Assembly: GCA_043803685.1 (NCBI GenBank)
Contig: JAZDJU010000072.1
Span: 28,889 to 92,888, forward strand
Length of the DNA: 64,000 nucleotides
Direction of reading: 5' to 3'
Source: Candidatus Omnitrophota bacterium
Lineage (GTDB): Bacteria; Omnitrophota; Omnitrophia; Omnitrophales; Aquincolibacteriaceae
Within the stretch, counting starts at the first letter, position 1. Every line of letters begins with the position of its first letter. Both the position numbers and the translations under genes were made by a program. A model generated the notes under the pieces. The model did no database searches. It was not told where the DNA came from and was given only the letters and a program-made list of their open reading frames with translations. Of this stretch, positions 1 through 9,779 are shown piece by piece.

Positions 1-641
1 TGTGTGAACTGGGCGTAGCAGTCCAGATTTCCAATGGCATTGAGACTGGCGTCCGAAAAGCCGGCGTTCTTGAGCCGTTTATGGAAGGAACGGTTCACGG
101 CTTCCACATCCCGGTAGATCTTGTCCAATCCCTTGAACTCCCAATCGGCTTCGCCGCCTCTTTTTTTTACGAAACATTGAGCCAGAGCGTACATGGAAAG
201 CGCGCGATAGGCTGTCTCCGCGATCGTGGCGAACGGCAAATGGATCAGCGTAAGCGGACGAAGTTTGTCCATGATCGGGCACCCGCTCGTGGCCATATAG
301 ATCCCGAAAATGGATCTCAGGGCGTCCTGGAGCGGGATGTTCCTCTGATAGTTCCTGGGTTTTGTTCGGATCGTGACGCTGACCTCTTCGTAGGAGATAT
401 CCATAGAGAATATGTTGGTGATCCTGATCAGGCTTACCGCGACCGGACAATGAGGGTGGTTCTTGGGATCGAGAGGGCAGTCTTCACATTGGCAGAAACC
501 CAGCTTCGTCCATTCCGGGTAAGCGGCGGGAGGCGGAAGGATGAGGGCGAGGGAATCGGGATCCAGTTCGATCAGAAAGTTGTTCTTCCGACCATCCTTC
601 GAAACGATCTCGTATTCTAAACGGATAGAGTTTTCTGCCAT
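1..641 (-). CDS. DUF6901-like hypothetical protein (3' end runs off the window)
   Basis: Hand-translated, absent from the ORF track. Open from ATG at 641: MAENSIRLEYE...PEWTKLGFCQCEDCPLD..HCPVA...GIYMATSGCPIMDKLRPLTLIHLPFAT..ETAYRALSMY. No stop before position 1. Confidence 0.75.
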   Translation of the reverse strand, partial: MAENSIRLEYEIVSKDGRKNNFLIELDPDSLALILPPPAAYPEWTKLGFCQCEDCPLDPKNHPHCPVAVSLIRITNIFSMDISYEEVSVTIRTKPRNYQRNIPLQDALRSIFGIYMATSGCPIMDKLRPLTLIHLPFATIAETAYRALSMYALAQCFVKKRGGEADWEFKGLDKIYRDVEAVNRSFHKRLKNAGFSDASLNAIGNLDCYAQFT

Positions 642-761
642 TGAAATGTCCCGTATTCTGGAACGGCCGCATCGTAATATACTTTAGGCGCTTCTTTCAG
701 AAACGGCAGGTCGCGTTTTGTTTAGGCGATTATTTTATTCACAGTATAATAACGCGCAAAT

Positions 762-1010
762 ATGATCGAAAGAATCCTTTCTCTAACGATTCTCGGGCTC
801 ATTTTTTCTTCCGGAGCTTTTGCCTCGGAAGTTCCCGGCGACAAAGAACTGAATGCGGGCAGGATATTACACGTCCTTTGCCTCGCTTTGATGCGCGCTA
901 TCAATACCAGCTTCTTCGGAAAAAATCCTCCCAAGACACCTTCGCACTTCGCACGGACCGGCACTTTTTACTGGATGAAAAATGGGGGCGCGTATCGGCA
1001 TAGGCAATGA
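762..1010 (+). CDS. Possible small exported protein or gene remnant
   Basis: Signal-peptide-like N-terminus (ILSLTILGLIFSSGAFA) just after TATAAT at 745-750; the rest is unrecognisable. Confidence 0.25.
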   Translation: MIERILSLTILGLIFSSGAFASEVPGDKELNAGRILHVLCLALMRAINTSFFGKNPPKTPSHFARTGTFYWMKNGGAYRHRQ

Positions 1011-1035
1011 ATGGTTCATCACTTCAGGAGGTCCT

Positions 1036-2166
1036 ATGAAAAAAACGAACAGGATTCTTTTCGCGATCATACTACTTTTCACGATGGCGCCTTACGCCGG
1101 GGCCTGTACTAGTCTACGGGTCAAGACGGCGGATGGATTAGTGTTTTACGCGCGGACGATGGAAGGCGGGGAGCTCTTTCATTCCTCGGTGTCTGTGATC
1201 CCCAAGGGGACGGAATATCTGGGGACGCTTCCGGACGGAACGCAGGCGGGGCTCGCGTGGACCACGAAATACGGCATGGTCGGCATGAACACGTACGGCC
1301 TGCCAGTCATCAGCGACGGTATGAATGAAGTGGGGTTGGCGGCCGGGAATAATGAGTTCCCAGGGTTTTCCGGATATCAAGTATTCGATCCGGCCAAGGC
1401 CGCGGAGACGATCGCTCAATATGAAGTGATCACCTGGATCCTATCGAATTTTGCCACGGTCGCTGAAGTGAAAGAAGCGATCAAGAATATCCGTGTCTCC
1501 AAGGGACCCGAGGCGCTGGTCGGGAATCTGGAGCTCCACTATGCCGTTCATGATCCGAAGGGGGATTCGATCGTAATCGAGCATGTCGCAGGCGAGCTAC
1601 GTGTCTATGACAACCCGCTCGGCGTCATGACCAATTCCCCCGCGTTTGACTGGCATCTGACGAATCTCCGTAATTATGCCAACCTCTCACCTGCGAATCC
1701 CAAGCCTTTTACGATTGAGGGGATCAAGGAATCGGGATTCGGTCAGGGGACCGGGATGCTCGGCCTTCCGGGGGATTACACGCCGCCGTCGCGGTTCGTC
1801 CGCATGGTTGCGCTTGTCCATTCGGCGTTGCCGGTGAGCGGGGCGGACGAAGGCCTCAATCTCGCCATGACGATCATCGGCAACATCGATATTCCGATCG
1901 GATCCGTCCGTGATCTGAGCGGCAAGGAGCCGGTTTATGACCAAACCCAGTGGGCGACCGCGGCGGACCTCGCTGGGAAGCGGTTTTACTTTCGTACGCG
2001 AACCAACAAGGATTGGCGGGTGGTCGATGTGACGAAAGCTCTGGCGGATGCCAAGGGAATCATGACGATCCCGGCGGAGATGCCCGCGGAATATCGTGAT
2101 GTCACCGCTAAGGCCAAAGAATTCGGTCCGCTCCCGACGAAATATTATCCCGCGGGAAAACCCTGA
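1036..2166 (+). CDS. Choloylglycine hydrolase / linear amide C-N hydrolase (Ntn family), exported
   Basis: RBS AGGAGG; signal peptide ending AGA then nucleophile CTS; ARTME, DGMNEVGL, NPLGVMTNSP, LPGDYTPPSRFVR motifs. Confidence 0.92.
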   Translation: MKKTNRILFAIILLFTMAPYAGACTSLRVKTADGLVFYARTMEGGELFHSSVSVIPKGTEYLGTLPDGTQAGLAWTTKYGMVGMNTYGLPVISDGMNEVGLAAGNNEFPGFSGYQVFDPAKAAETIAQYEVITWILSNFATVAEVKEAIKNIRVSKGPEALVGNLELHYAVHDPKGDSIVIEHVAGELRVYDNPLGVMTNSPAFDWHLTNLRNYANLSPANPKPFTIEGIKESGFGQGTGMLGLPGDYTPPSRFVRMVALVHSALPVSGADEGLNLAMTIIGNIDIPIGSVRDLSGKEPVYDQTQWATAADLAGKRFYFRTRTNKDWRVVDVTKALADAKGIMTIPAEMPAEYRDVTAKAKEFGPLPTKYYPAGKP

Positions 2167-2213
2167 AGAAGATCCGCGGATCTTTTTGATCTTCAATGAG
2201 AGAAAGAAAACCC

Positions 2214-2300
2214 ATGAAACATCACCATAAAATATGGCTCACCGGAGCTTTGTTGTTGGCCTTGGTTGCCATGATAAGCCTCATGCTAATGCAGGCTTGA
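2214..2300 (+). CDS. Putative 28-aa hydrophobic peptide or orphaned signal peptide
   Basis: MKHHHKIWLTGALLLALVAMISLMLMQA* with a purine-rich upstream region. Confidence 0.3.
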   Translation: MKHHHKIWLTGALLLALVAMISLMLMQA

Positions 2301-2372
2301 AGCGGCTTTCTCTGATCTTTGATGAGCTTTCGATGCCCAGGTCTTTTATTTTCAGGACAACCCTAACGAGGA

Positions 2373-4088
2373 ATGATCATGAAAAAAACAATGGTGGTTA
2401 TTAGTGTTGCGGCGTTGATGTTCCTGGCCACGGTGGCGTTTGCAGCGGATCCGGATGCGATCTACTTTAATGGAAAGATATCGACCCTGGATGCCGGCGA
2501 GACCCTTGCAAGTGCAGTGGGGGTGAAGGATGGCAAGATCACGAATGTAGGAACCTCTGAAGAACTGAAAACGCTTGCGGGGCCGACCACCCAAATGATC
2601 GATCTTGCCGGGAAGACCGTGGTACCGGGGCTGATCGATGCCCACTGCCATCCCATGGAAGCGATGATGATGAAGGAGACGTGGGTGGATTGCCGCTTTC
2701 CGGAAACCCCGTCGGTCAAGGTAGCCCTCGAGCACATCGCCGCGTGGGTCAAGAAGACCCCTGCAGGGGAGTGGGTGTTCGTGGCGTGCGTTTCCGCGAG
2801 TCAGAACAAGTTCGAGGAAAAGAGAATGCCGACAAAAGCGGAGCTTGACGTGGTTGCGCCGGAAAATCCGGTGATGGTCGCCAACGGCACGCACATGGGG
2901 ATCGCCAACTCGGCCGCGCTGAAGAAGATGGGGATCACCAAAGGTATGGCGAAACTTCCTCACGGAGGCTCCGTGATCCTCGATCAGGACGGCGAACCCA
3001 CGGGCGTGATTACGGATGGAATGGCAGATATCCCGACGACGCCCACCCTGGTCCAGTTGGAGCAGTATTACACGAAGGACCTCCAGGAGTTCTGGAACCA
3101 GCACGGATTTACCTCGGTCCTGGCGATCACGCCCGCGGCGGCGCTGCCGGTCTTGCAGAAGATCGCCGGGATGAAAGTTCAGCCGACGCTCCGTTACACG
3201 ACTTCCATCTGGACCTCGGCGAACGCGGAAGATATGCCCGAAGATCTCAGCAAGTTCCGGATGCCCGCAAACTCGGATCCCTCGTGGTACCGGTTCGGCG
3301 GGATCAAGGTGTGGATGGACGGTGAGAACGATTGCCGTACGGGGTATATGTACGGACCTTATGTCGGACATTTCGACACGGACCCCGAGGGGGATCGGGG
3401 AAGTCTGGTGACGGCACAATCCGTCGCGGATCGTTTTGCCGGTATCGCCGTGAAGAACGGTGTCATGAGCATGATGCACTGTTCGGGAGACGAGGCCATC
3501 GATATGGGGCTCACGGCGCTTGAAGGTCAGATCAAGTCTGGGACGACGGGATCGATCATGCGCCTCGAACATTTCGGTATGTTCCAGATGAGCGATGAGC
3601 AATTGGCTCGCGCGAAGGCCATGATGGGTAAGGGTTTCAGGATATCCGTTCAGCCGACGTGGCTTCTCGATCTGGTGAAGGCGGATTATGAGAACATGGG
3701 ACCCGAGCGGACGAAGACCGGGTTCCGCTTCCGCAACATGATCGACGCGGGGCTTGAACCGGCGGCGGGTTCGGACGTGACCGGGATCTATCTCGACAAC
3801 GTCAATCCGTTCCTTGCCATCTATGCGTCTGTGACACGGAATTCTGACGCGGGTATTTTTGAGCCTGCGCAGGCCATTACCGTGACCGAGGCGCTCAAGA
3901 TGTGGACGATCTGGGCGGCAAGATCGATGGGGGAAGAGTCGGTCAAGGGTTCGATCGAACCGGGCAAGTATGCGGACATGACCGTGCTTTCTGACGACAT
4001 CTTCACGATGCCGACGGAGAAGCTCAAGGACGTTAAAGTCCTCAAGACTATCGTCGGCGGTGACGTTGTTTATGAGGCCAAGCCGTAA
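2373..4088 (+). CDS. Exported amidohydrolase (YtcJ / Amidohydro_3 family)
   Basis: Signal peptide; VVPGLIDAHCH, GIKVWMDG, HCSGD, RLEH, AGSD, KGSIEPGKYAD motifs. Confidence 0.92.
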   Translation: MIMKKTMVVISVAALMFLATVAFAADPDAIYFNGKISTLDAGETLASAVGVKDGKITNVGTSEELKTLAGPTTQMIDLAGKTVVPGLIDAHCHPMEAMMMKETWVDCRFPETPSVKVALEHIAAWVKKTPAGEWVFVACVSASQNKFEEKRMPTKAELDVVAPENPVMVANGTHMGIANSAALKKMGITKGMAKLPHGGSVILDQDGEPTGVITDGMADIPTTPTLVQLEQYYTKDLQEFWNQHGFTSVLAITPAAALPVLQKIAGMKVQPTLRYTTSIWTSANAEDMPEDLSKFRMPANSDPSWYRFGGIKVWMDGENDCRTGYMYGPYVGHFDTDPEGDRGSLVTAQSVADRFAGIAVKNGVMSMMHCSGDEAIDMGLTALEGQIKSGTTGSIMRLEHFGMFQMSDEQLARAKAMMGKGFRISVQPTWLLDLVKADYENMGPERTKTGFRFRNMIDAGLEPAAGSDVTGIYLDNVNPFLAIYASVTRNSDAGIFEPAQAITVTEALKMWTIWAARSMGEESVKGSIEPGKYADMTVLSDDIFTMPTEKLKDVKVLKTIVGGDVVYEAKP

Positions 4089-4177
4089 GAAGAAAGCGCT
4101 TACTTTGCAACATACAGCCCGCTGACAGACCAAGGGGAGAGACCGCCAGAATGAGATTGACGCCGGGGAAGGCTTTC

Positions 4178-4822
4178 ATGATCAATAAGCACACCCATCT
4201 CCTGGCGGTGATCGTTTTTATTTTTCTGTCCTCCCCGTACTTTAGCAGCTTTCACCCCAAGTTCCCCATCATCACGTTTATTTTTTTGCTCGCCCTGATG
4301 TTCATTTTAAGAACGCTCAAGATCAGCCGGAAAGTGCTTTGGCTCTGCGGAGGTATTGGTGCGACGGTATTTTTGCTCCAGCTGATACTCAATTTCTCGA
4401 ACGGTTCGACGTTGACAGTTCCCCTGACTCTCGTGGTGTGCGGCGTTTACATTATTTTTTTACTGCTCTGTATCTTCCTGATGGGTTCCGAACTTTTCAA
4501 ATCGACCAGGGTGGATCTGGACGCCATCGTGGGCGGTATCAATATCTACCTCCTGCTCGGCTTTTTGTGGGCCCTTCTCTACTACTCGATCTATGACCTG
4601 GATCGCCAGGCATTCCACTTTTCCTCGGCGCCGAGTACGACTTATTTTTTCTGTTTCAGTCTTTCGACTCTTTCCACGATCGGTTTCGGGGATATGTTCC
4701 CGATCAACAAGTGGGCCATGGTGCTGGCGTGTTTCGAAGGCGTTACGGGGCAATTGTTTCTGGCGATCTTTATCGCGAGGCTGGTCAGCTTGCACGCCAT
4801 GGGGCGTGTCGAGAAAACCTGA
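4178..4822 (+). CDS. Potassium channel family (Ion_trans_2) membrane protein
   Basis: Several TM helices; pore signature FSLSTLSTIGFGD followed by EGVTGQLFLAIFIARLV. Confidence 0.85.
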   Translation: MINKHTHLLAVIVFIFLSSPYFSSFHPKFPIITFIFLLALMFILRTLKISRKVLWLCGGIGATVFLLQLILNFSNGSTLTVPLTLVVCGVYIIFLLLCIFLMGSELFKSTRVDLDAIVGGINIYLLLGFLWALLYYSIYDLDRQAFHFSSAPSTTYFFCFSLSTLSTIGFGDMFPINKWAMVLACFEGVTGQLFLAIFIARLVSLHAMGRVEKT

Positions 4823-4917
4823 AGGAAAGGCGTTCGTTTTTACGGGGGGGTGTTGCGAAGTAGACTGGGGTCGCGGGTTCTTGAAGCTATAAAAAGTTAA
4901 ATGGTTAAGGAGGAGTT

Positions 4918-5760
4918 ATGTTGCACAGAAGATCTTTGCTGTCGGCGTTAGGCATTGCGGTTCTCATGATCGGTATGGAGCATGCCTGGGCGCAGGAAGA
5001 TGTTTCGCCGAAAGTCCCGGCCACCCAACCCGCCGCGGCGTCTGTCGATCCGCGCGCGGTGAGCGCGCTCAAACTTATGAGCGATACGCTTTCTCAGGCG
5101 AAGTCGCTACAGTTTCAAGCCCGTAGTATGACGCCTCTCAAGTCGCCGAACGGGATGTGGATCAGTCTCTACGGAAGCTCACGGGTCGTGAAAGAAGGCT
5201 CCGGCAAACTCTTTGTGGAAACCCGGGGCGATCTTTTTCCGTACGATTTTTATTTTGATAGTAAGTTGGTCACGGCTTATTCGCCGACGAAGAATCTTTA
5301 TGCCGAGAAGGCGGTGTCCGGTACGGTGGATGACGTGATCGAAGCAGCTTATCTGGAAGAGGGAAAGTCCTTCCCCTATGCCGACATCCTTGTGTCCCAA
5401 CCCTATGAGGTCTTGACCCGGGGATTGGTCCGGGCGGCTTATGTCGGGCAATCGGATTTTCAACCTTTGTCGGGCAGCGGGAGCGTTCAGACCGATCATT
5501 TCATTTTTTCGAATGAAGGAGTCGAGTGGCAGATATGGATCGATATGGAAGATCATCTGCCAAGGATGGTCTGCGCGACCTATCTGGACGTTGTGGGAGA
5601 ACCCAGCTACACCGTGGAGTTTGGCGACTGGAAGCTCGATGCGCCGGTCCCTCCGGAGACGTTCAAGTTCCAGAATGTTTCCCAGGCGGCGAAGGTCGAG
5701 TTTCGTAATCCGATGCAGCAGGGCCGTGGAATTGCTTCCGGCGCTGCGGACAAACAGTAA
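4918..5760 (+). CDS. DUF2092-like periplasmic protein
   Basis: RBS AAGGAGG; signal peptide; ALKLMSDTL, YFDSK, NLYA, WQIWI..LP, FGDWKLD..F.F pattern. Confidence 0.8.
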   Translation: MLHRRSLLSALGIAVLMIGMEHAWAQEDVSPKVPATQPAAASVDPRAVSALKLMSDTLSQAKSLQFQARSMTPLKSPNGMWISLYGSSRVVKEGSGKLFVETRGDLFPYDFYFDSKLVTAYSPTKNLYAEKAVSGTVDDVIEAAYLEEGKSFPYADILVSQPYEVLTRGLVRAAYVGQSDFQPLSGSGSVQTDHFIFSNEGVEWQIWIDMEDHLPRMVCATYLDVVGEPSYTVEFGDWKLDAPVPPETFKFQNVSQAAKVEFRNPMQQGRGIASGAADKQ

Positions 5761-5776
5761 CGTGAGGAGCCCGGCC

Positions 5777-6418
5777 ATGAAAAATAAAAAACTGATCATC
5801 CTGATGATATTCGCTTTAGTGGCGTCGTTTTGCTCCGGACCTGTCTATGCGAGGGGCGGGGGAGGTGGAGGAGGTTTCGGAGGCGGACGTGGGGGCGGAG
5901 GCTGGAGCGGTGGGCGTGGCGGAGATTTCGGAGGCGGTCGTGGTGGTGATTTCGGCGGGGGAGGCCACATGCCGGGTTACCACGGGAGCGGAGAGTATCA
6001 TGGCGGCGGGAATTGGGATCATGGCGAACACCGGCGTAACAATAACAATAACAACAACGATAACGATAATAACACCACGAATAATTACAATGTGGACGGA
6101 TGGGGCGGTGGTTGGGGTGGCGGATGGGGGTACGGAGCCGCGGACGATGCCCTTGCGGGGATGGCGATGGGCACGATGATCGGCGCAGCGGCGGCTCAGC
6201 CCTCCACGGTCGTGGTGGAACAGCCTGTGGTCCAACAGTCACCGCCTTTGAATGCCCAGGTGACGGTACTTCCCGCAGGATGTACCGCGCAAAATGTCGG
6301 CGGGACGATGGCCTATCAGTGTGGGGCGGTCTGGTACCGGCCTTTTTTTGGAGCGAGTGGCGTCTACTATCAGGCTGTGCCACCGCCGCCATCGGACAGT
6401 CACGATGCCTTGGTTTAG
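5777..6418 (+). CDS. Secreted Gly/Asn-rich protein with DUF6515-like C-terminus
   Basis: RBS GAGGAG; signal peptide; GGGRGGDF repeats; poly-Asn tract; C-terminal LPAGC...YQCGAVWYRP..GVYYQAVPPP. Confidence 0.75.
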   Translation: MKNKKLIILMIFALVASFCSGPVYARGGGGGGGFGGGRGGGGWSGGRGGDFGGGRGGDFGGGGHMPGYHGSGEYHGGGNWDHGEHRRNNNNNNNDNDNNTTNNYNVDGWGGGWGGGWGYGAADDALAGMAMGTMIGAAAAQPSTVVVEQPVVQQSPPLNAQVTVLPAGCTAQNVGGTMAYQCGAVWYRPFFGASGVYYQAVPPPPSDSHDALV

Positions 6419-6451
6419 TAAAGACTTTTCCTTTTTGAAAAGGGACGAAGA

Positions 6452-7501
6452 TTGATAAAACGTAAGATCCTGTTTTTTTTTGGCGCATTTTTGATCGTTC
6501 AAAGCGCCTATGCCGGCACTTTGGGCCACTATTATCCCGGTGTTCCTGGCATGCGCGACATCGTTGTGCCGCCCAAAGGTTTTTATGCCATCTATTACAA
6601 CCCGATCTACGGCAGCAATGATCTAAGGGACGCGCGCGGCAAAAAACTTTCTCATTTCTCTAAGTCTGAAAGCAGGACGGAATTCCTTAATGTCGAAGGA
6701 AAACAAATTCCCCTCACGCTTTCAGCGAATCTGTCCGCCGACATCAGCACGGCGATGAGGTTCACCACCCAGCAGCTCCTTCTCCTGTGGGTTCCGGGAT
6801 GGAAATTCCTTGGCGCCGATTACGCGATGCTCGTGGCTCCTTCTCTGGGGTATGTGAGTCTTAAGGCGAAGATCAAGGCGCGCGAAGTCGGGACGCTCAC
6901 GGTCGAGGGTGTCGCGCACACCGTTTCGGCGAACCAGGAGTTCAATCTCAAAAGCGATGATTACGGATTCGGCGACATGTTGGTACAGCCCCTGATGCTC
7001 GACTGGCGCGGCAAGCATTATGACCTCGGCGTGAACTACGGTTTTTGGGCGCCGACCGGATCTTATAGCTCAAAGCGCGCCGCCAATGTCGGCATGGCCT
7101 TCTGGAGCCAGCAGTTCCAGGCGTTCGGGGCCTACTATTTCGACAAGTACCACAAGACAGCCCTCATCACGACCGCGACCTACAATTTGAATAGCAAGAA
7201 TTACAGCAAGGACCTGACACCGGGGCAGAGCATGACGCTCGAGTACGCGCTGAGTCACTATATGAACAGTCGCATCGAAGTCGGCGTGTGCGGTTACGAC
7301 CAGTGGCAGATCTCTCAAGACCGTGGAAAAGCGGCGAGGAATACGAATGTCTTCTATCAAATCCACGCCATCGGCGGTCAGTTCACGGGATGGATCCTCA
7401 AAGAAAAACTTAGCCTGACGGCCAAGTGTTACTACGAATATTACGGGGGCGATCGTTTTAAAGGTATTTTGGGGACGGCGAACCTGATCTACGTGTTCTA
7501 A
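6452..7501 (+). CDS. Outer-membrane transporter (SphA / phenol MetA-degradation family)
   Basis: Signal peptide; HYYPG, GFGDMLVQP, APTGSY motifs; C-terminal aromatic beta-signal YVF. Confidence 0.8.
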   Translation: MIKRKILFFFGAFLIVQSAYAGTLGHYYPGVPGMRDIVVPPKGFYAIYYNPIYGSNDLRDARGKKLSHFSKSESRTEFLNVEGKQIPLTLSANLSADISTAMRFTTQQLLLLWVPGWKFLGADYAMLVAPSLGYVSLKAKIKAREVGTLTVEGVAHTVSANQEFNLKSDDYGFGDMLVQPLMLDWRGKHYDLGVNYGFWAPTGSYSSKRAANVGMAFWSQQFQAFGAYYFDKYHKTALITTATYNLNSKNYSKDLTPGQSMTLEYALSHYMNSRIEVGVCGYDQWQISQDRGKAARNTNVFYQIHAIGGQFTGWILKEKLSLTAKCYYEYYGGDRFKGILGTANLIYVF

Positions 7502-7521
7502 ACTGCCAAGGAGGCTTCAAG

Positions 7522-8394
7522 ATGTATCAAGGAAAATGGATCTCTTGTGTTTGCATGCTGATCCTTTCTCTCAGCTTGTTCGTTCTGCCTGTGCTAGCCG
7601 GCGCCGCTGAAAAACAAGACGCTCCTGCCGCGAATCTTCAAAATGGAGAATCAAGCGCGCAAACGACGGAACAGAAAAATGAAGCGCTGATCAAGGCCGC
7701 GCAGAATCCGATCGCAAACATGGTGAGCGTCCCGTTCCAGAATAATTTCAATCTCGGATACGGCCCGCACGGCAAGATGCAATACGTCTGCAATATTCAA
7801 CCCGTTTATCCGATAGGATTGCCCCGCAAATGGACGCTCATTACCCGGAATATTCTTCCCGTGATCGCTCAGCCATGGCCCCGGGATACAGGGGGGCTGG
7901 GGGATCTCACGAGTTCCTTTTTCTTTACGCAGCCTCCCGCCGGCAATCTCATGGTCGGTGCGGGTCCTGTGTTCCAATTCCCGACGGCGACCGATCGCAC
8001 GTTGGGTCTTGAAAAATGGTCAGTTGGGCCGACCGGGGTCGCGGTCTATTCCAAAGGGAAGTGGCTCGTCGGAGCGCTCGTCAACAATCTTTGGTCTTAT
8101 GCCGGAAATCGTAACCGCAAAGATGTGAACGACATGACGCTCCAGCCTTTCATCAATTATAATCTTCCGAAGAACTGGTTCGTCTTCACTTCGCCGATCC
8201 TGACCGCGAACTGGAATGCCAGGAACGGCGAAAAGTGGACGATCCCCGTGGGCGGCGGGCTCGGCAAGCTCCTCCATTTCGGCAAGGTGCCTGTTAACAT
8301 GAGCGTTCAGGGGTTGTATAATCTGGAGCGTCCCAGGTATCAGGCGGATTGGACGGTCCGGTATTCGGTGCAGTTCCTTTTCCCGAAGTCCTAG
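7522..8394 (+). CDS. Outer-membrane beta-barrel protein ('neuromedin U'-annotated family)
   Basis: AQNPIANMVSVPFQNN, NIQPV, GLGD, PTAT..LG.EKWSVGP, LQPFINYN, WTIPVGGG, FLFP motifs. Confidence 0.8.
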   Translation: MYQGKWISCVCMLILSLSLFVLPVLAGAAEKQDAPAANLQNGESSAQTTEQKNEALIKAAQNPIANMVSVPFQNNFNLGYGPHGKMQYVCNIQPVYPIGLPRKWTLITRNILPVIAQPWPRDTGGLGDLTSSFFFTQPPAGNLMVGAGPVFQFPTATDRTLGLEKWSVGPTGVAVYSKGKWLVGALVNNLWSYAGNRNRKDVNDMTLQPFINYNLPKNWFVFTSPILTANWNARNGEKWTIPVGGGLGKLLHFGKVPVNMSVQGLYNLERPRYQADWTVRYSVQFLFPKS

Positions 8395-8471
8395 CACCGC
8401 ATCACATTTGAAATGAGGGGTATGCGGTGCAGCACTGTTAACCCTAATAATCAAATGGAGAACAGTGCTAG
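8391..8471. repeat. Inverted pair of ~40-bp CTAG-ended palindromic elements
   Basis: 8391-8430 and the reverse complement of 8432-8471 share CTAGCAC..CATTTGA..AGGG..GTGC; each copy is itself a hairpin. Confidence 0.7.
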
Positions 8472-8528
8472 GCTGGGATTCGATCGTTACGAACTCAATA
8501 TTTTAATGAGGAATATCAAGGAGGCTCT

Positions 8529-8693
8529 ATGTTTGATCTCAATAAGCTCGGGGATATGGCAAAGCTAGCAGGTGAAGCCAAAAACATGCAGGAGAAACAG
8601 GAGAAAATGGCGCGGGAGCAGCTGGAAATGCTTCGCAAGATATCCACTCAAATGGACACTGTGATCGCCCTTCTCAAGGATCGTGCAAAATAA
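8529..8693 (+). CDS. Small coiled-coil protein (54 aa)
   Basis: Strong RBS AAGGAGG; MFDLNKLGDMAKLAGEAKNMQEKQEK...; below the ORF-track size cut-off. Confidence 0.7.
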   Translation: MFDLNKLGDMAKLAGEAKNMQEKQEKMAREQLEMLRKISTQMDTVIALLKDRAK

Positions 8694-8713
8694 GAGGTTC
8701 GGAGGATTCTGGA

Positions 8714-9748
8714 ATGAAGATCGAAGAGAATAAGTCCCTCAAGGCGCTCAACACGTTTGGGATCGAGGTCGCGGCAAAATATTTCGTGGAGATCCACTCG
8801 GTCGGGGAGCTTCAGGAGCTTCTCCATGATCCGCGGTTCTTGGTCGGCAAGAAGCTGGTTCTTGGAGGGGGCAGTAACATTCTGTTGACGGGAAATTTTG
8901 ACGGGTGGGTCATCAAGAACGCGATCCCGGGCGTTGAGATCGTGAGCGAAACAGGGACCGAGGTGATCCTGAAAGCCGGAGCTGGGAAAGATTGGCACGA
9001 CCTGGTGTCAGGGTGTATTGAACTGAATTACGGAGGACTCGAGAATCTTTCGCTGATTCCGGGGCTTGTGGGCGCAGCGCCTATCCAGAACATCGGGGCC
9101 TACGGCGCTGAGCTCAAGGATGTGTTCCATGAGCTGGAAGCGGTCGAGCTCGCTTCAGGAAATTTGGTCAAATTCAGCGCCAAAGATTGCGCCTTCGGAT
9201 ACCGGGACAGTATTTTTAAACATAAACTCGCGGGGCAATTCTTTATTACGTCGGTCTCGTTCAGGCTTACGAAGCTTTCGGCTCCCGGAGTTCATTATAT
9301 TTTCCTGACCGAATACGGGGATGTTCAGGCGGCGTTGGATGCCATGGGGGTCCAGAATCTGTCCCTGCAGGCCGTGAGCGACGCGGTCTGCCAGATTCGG
9401 CGCGCCAAGCTTCCCGATCCCAAGGAGCTCGGCAACGCCGGAAGTTTTTTCAAGAATCCCTCCATTCCTCAGGAACAATACGACAAGCTTGCCGCGAAAT
9501 ATCTCCACATGCCGCACTACTCGCAGCAAGACGGAACGGTCAAAGTCCCGGCGGGCTGGCTCGTCGAGCAATGCGGTTGGAAAGGGCAAGTGTTCGGGAA
9601 GATGGGTTGCCACAAAACCCAGGCGCTTGTGATCGTGAACTACGGCGGTGCGACGGGCCGGGAGATCCTCGAGCTTGCCAAGGCCGTTGCCGCGTCCGTG
9701 AAAGAAAAATTCGGGATCGAGCTTTCTTACGAAGTGAATATCGTTTGA
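8714..9748 (+). CDS. murB: UDP-N-acetylmuramate dehydrogenase
   Basis: NTFGI, LGGGSNIL, GLENLSLIPG.VGAAPIQNIGAYG, FGYRDSIFK, GNAGSFFKNP motifs. Confidence 0.97.
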   Translation: MKIEENKSLKALNTFGIEVAAKYFVEIHSVGELQELLHDPRFLVGKKLVLGGGSNILLTGNFDGWVIKNAIPGVEIVSETGTEVILKAGAGKDWHDLVSGCIELNYGGLENLSLIPGLVGAAPIQNIGAYGAELKDVFHELEAVELASGNLVKFSAKDCAFGYRDSIFKHKLAGQFFITSVSFRLTKLSAPGVHYIFLTEYGDVQAALDAMGVQNLSLQAVSDAVCQIRRAKLPDPKELGNAGSFFKNPSIPQEQYDKLAAKYLHMPHYSQQDGTVKVPAGWLVEQCGWKGQVFGKMGCHKTQALVIVNYGGATGREILELAKAVAASVKEKFGIELSYEVNIV

Positions 9749-9779
9749 ACGGCAGGATCCTAGAAGTCGAGTCACCTTC

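Noticed and set aside
79..620. ORF-track calls 81..620(+) and 79..450(-)
   Set aside because: A different minus frame from ATG 641 gives a motif-rich protein covering the region.
2352..4133. 593-aa minus-strand ORF, and similar long antisense ORFs (40295..41839, 49105..50289, 31384..32550, 33085..34134)
   Set aside because: Shadow frames of well-supported + strand genes with no recognisable motifs.
5441..5776. N-terminal extension of the Gly-rich gene
   Set aside because: It overlaps the DUF2092 gene; RBS and signal peptide place the start at 5777.
8391..8471. CIRCE operator
   Set aside because: TAGCAC/GTGCTA halves are present, but the spacing and inner bases do not fit TTAGCACTC-N9-GAGTGCTAA; it belongs to the CTAG hairpin family.
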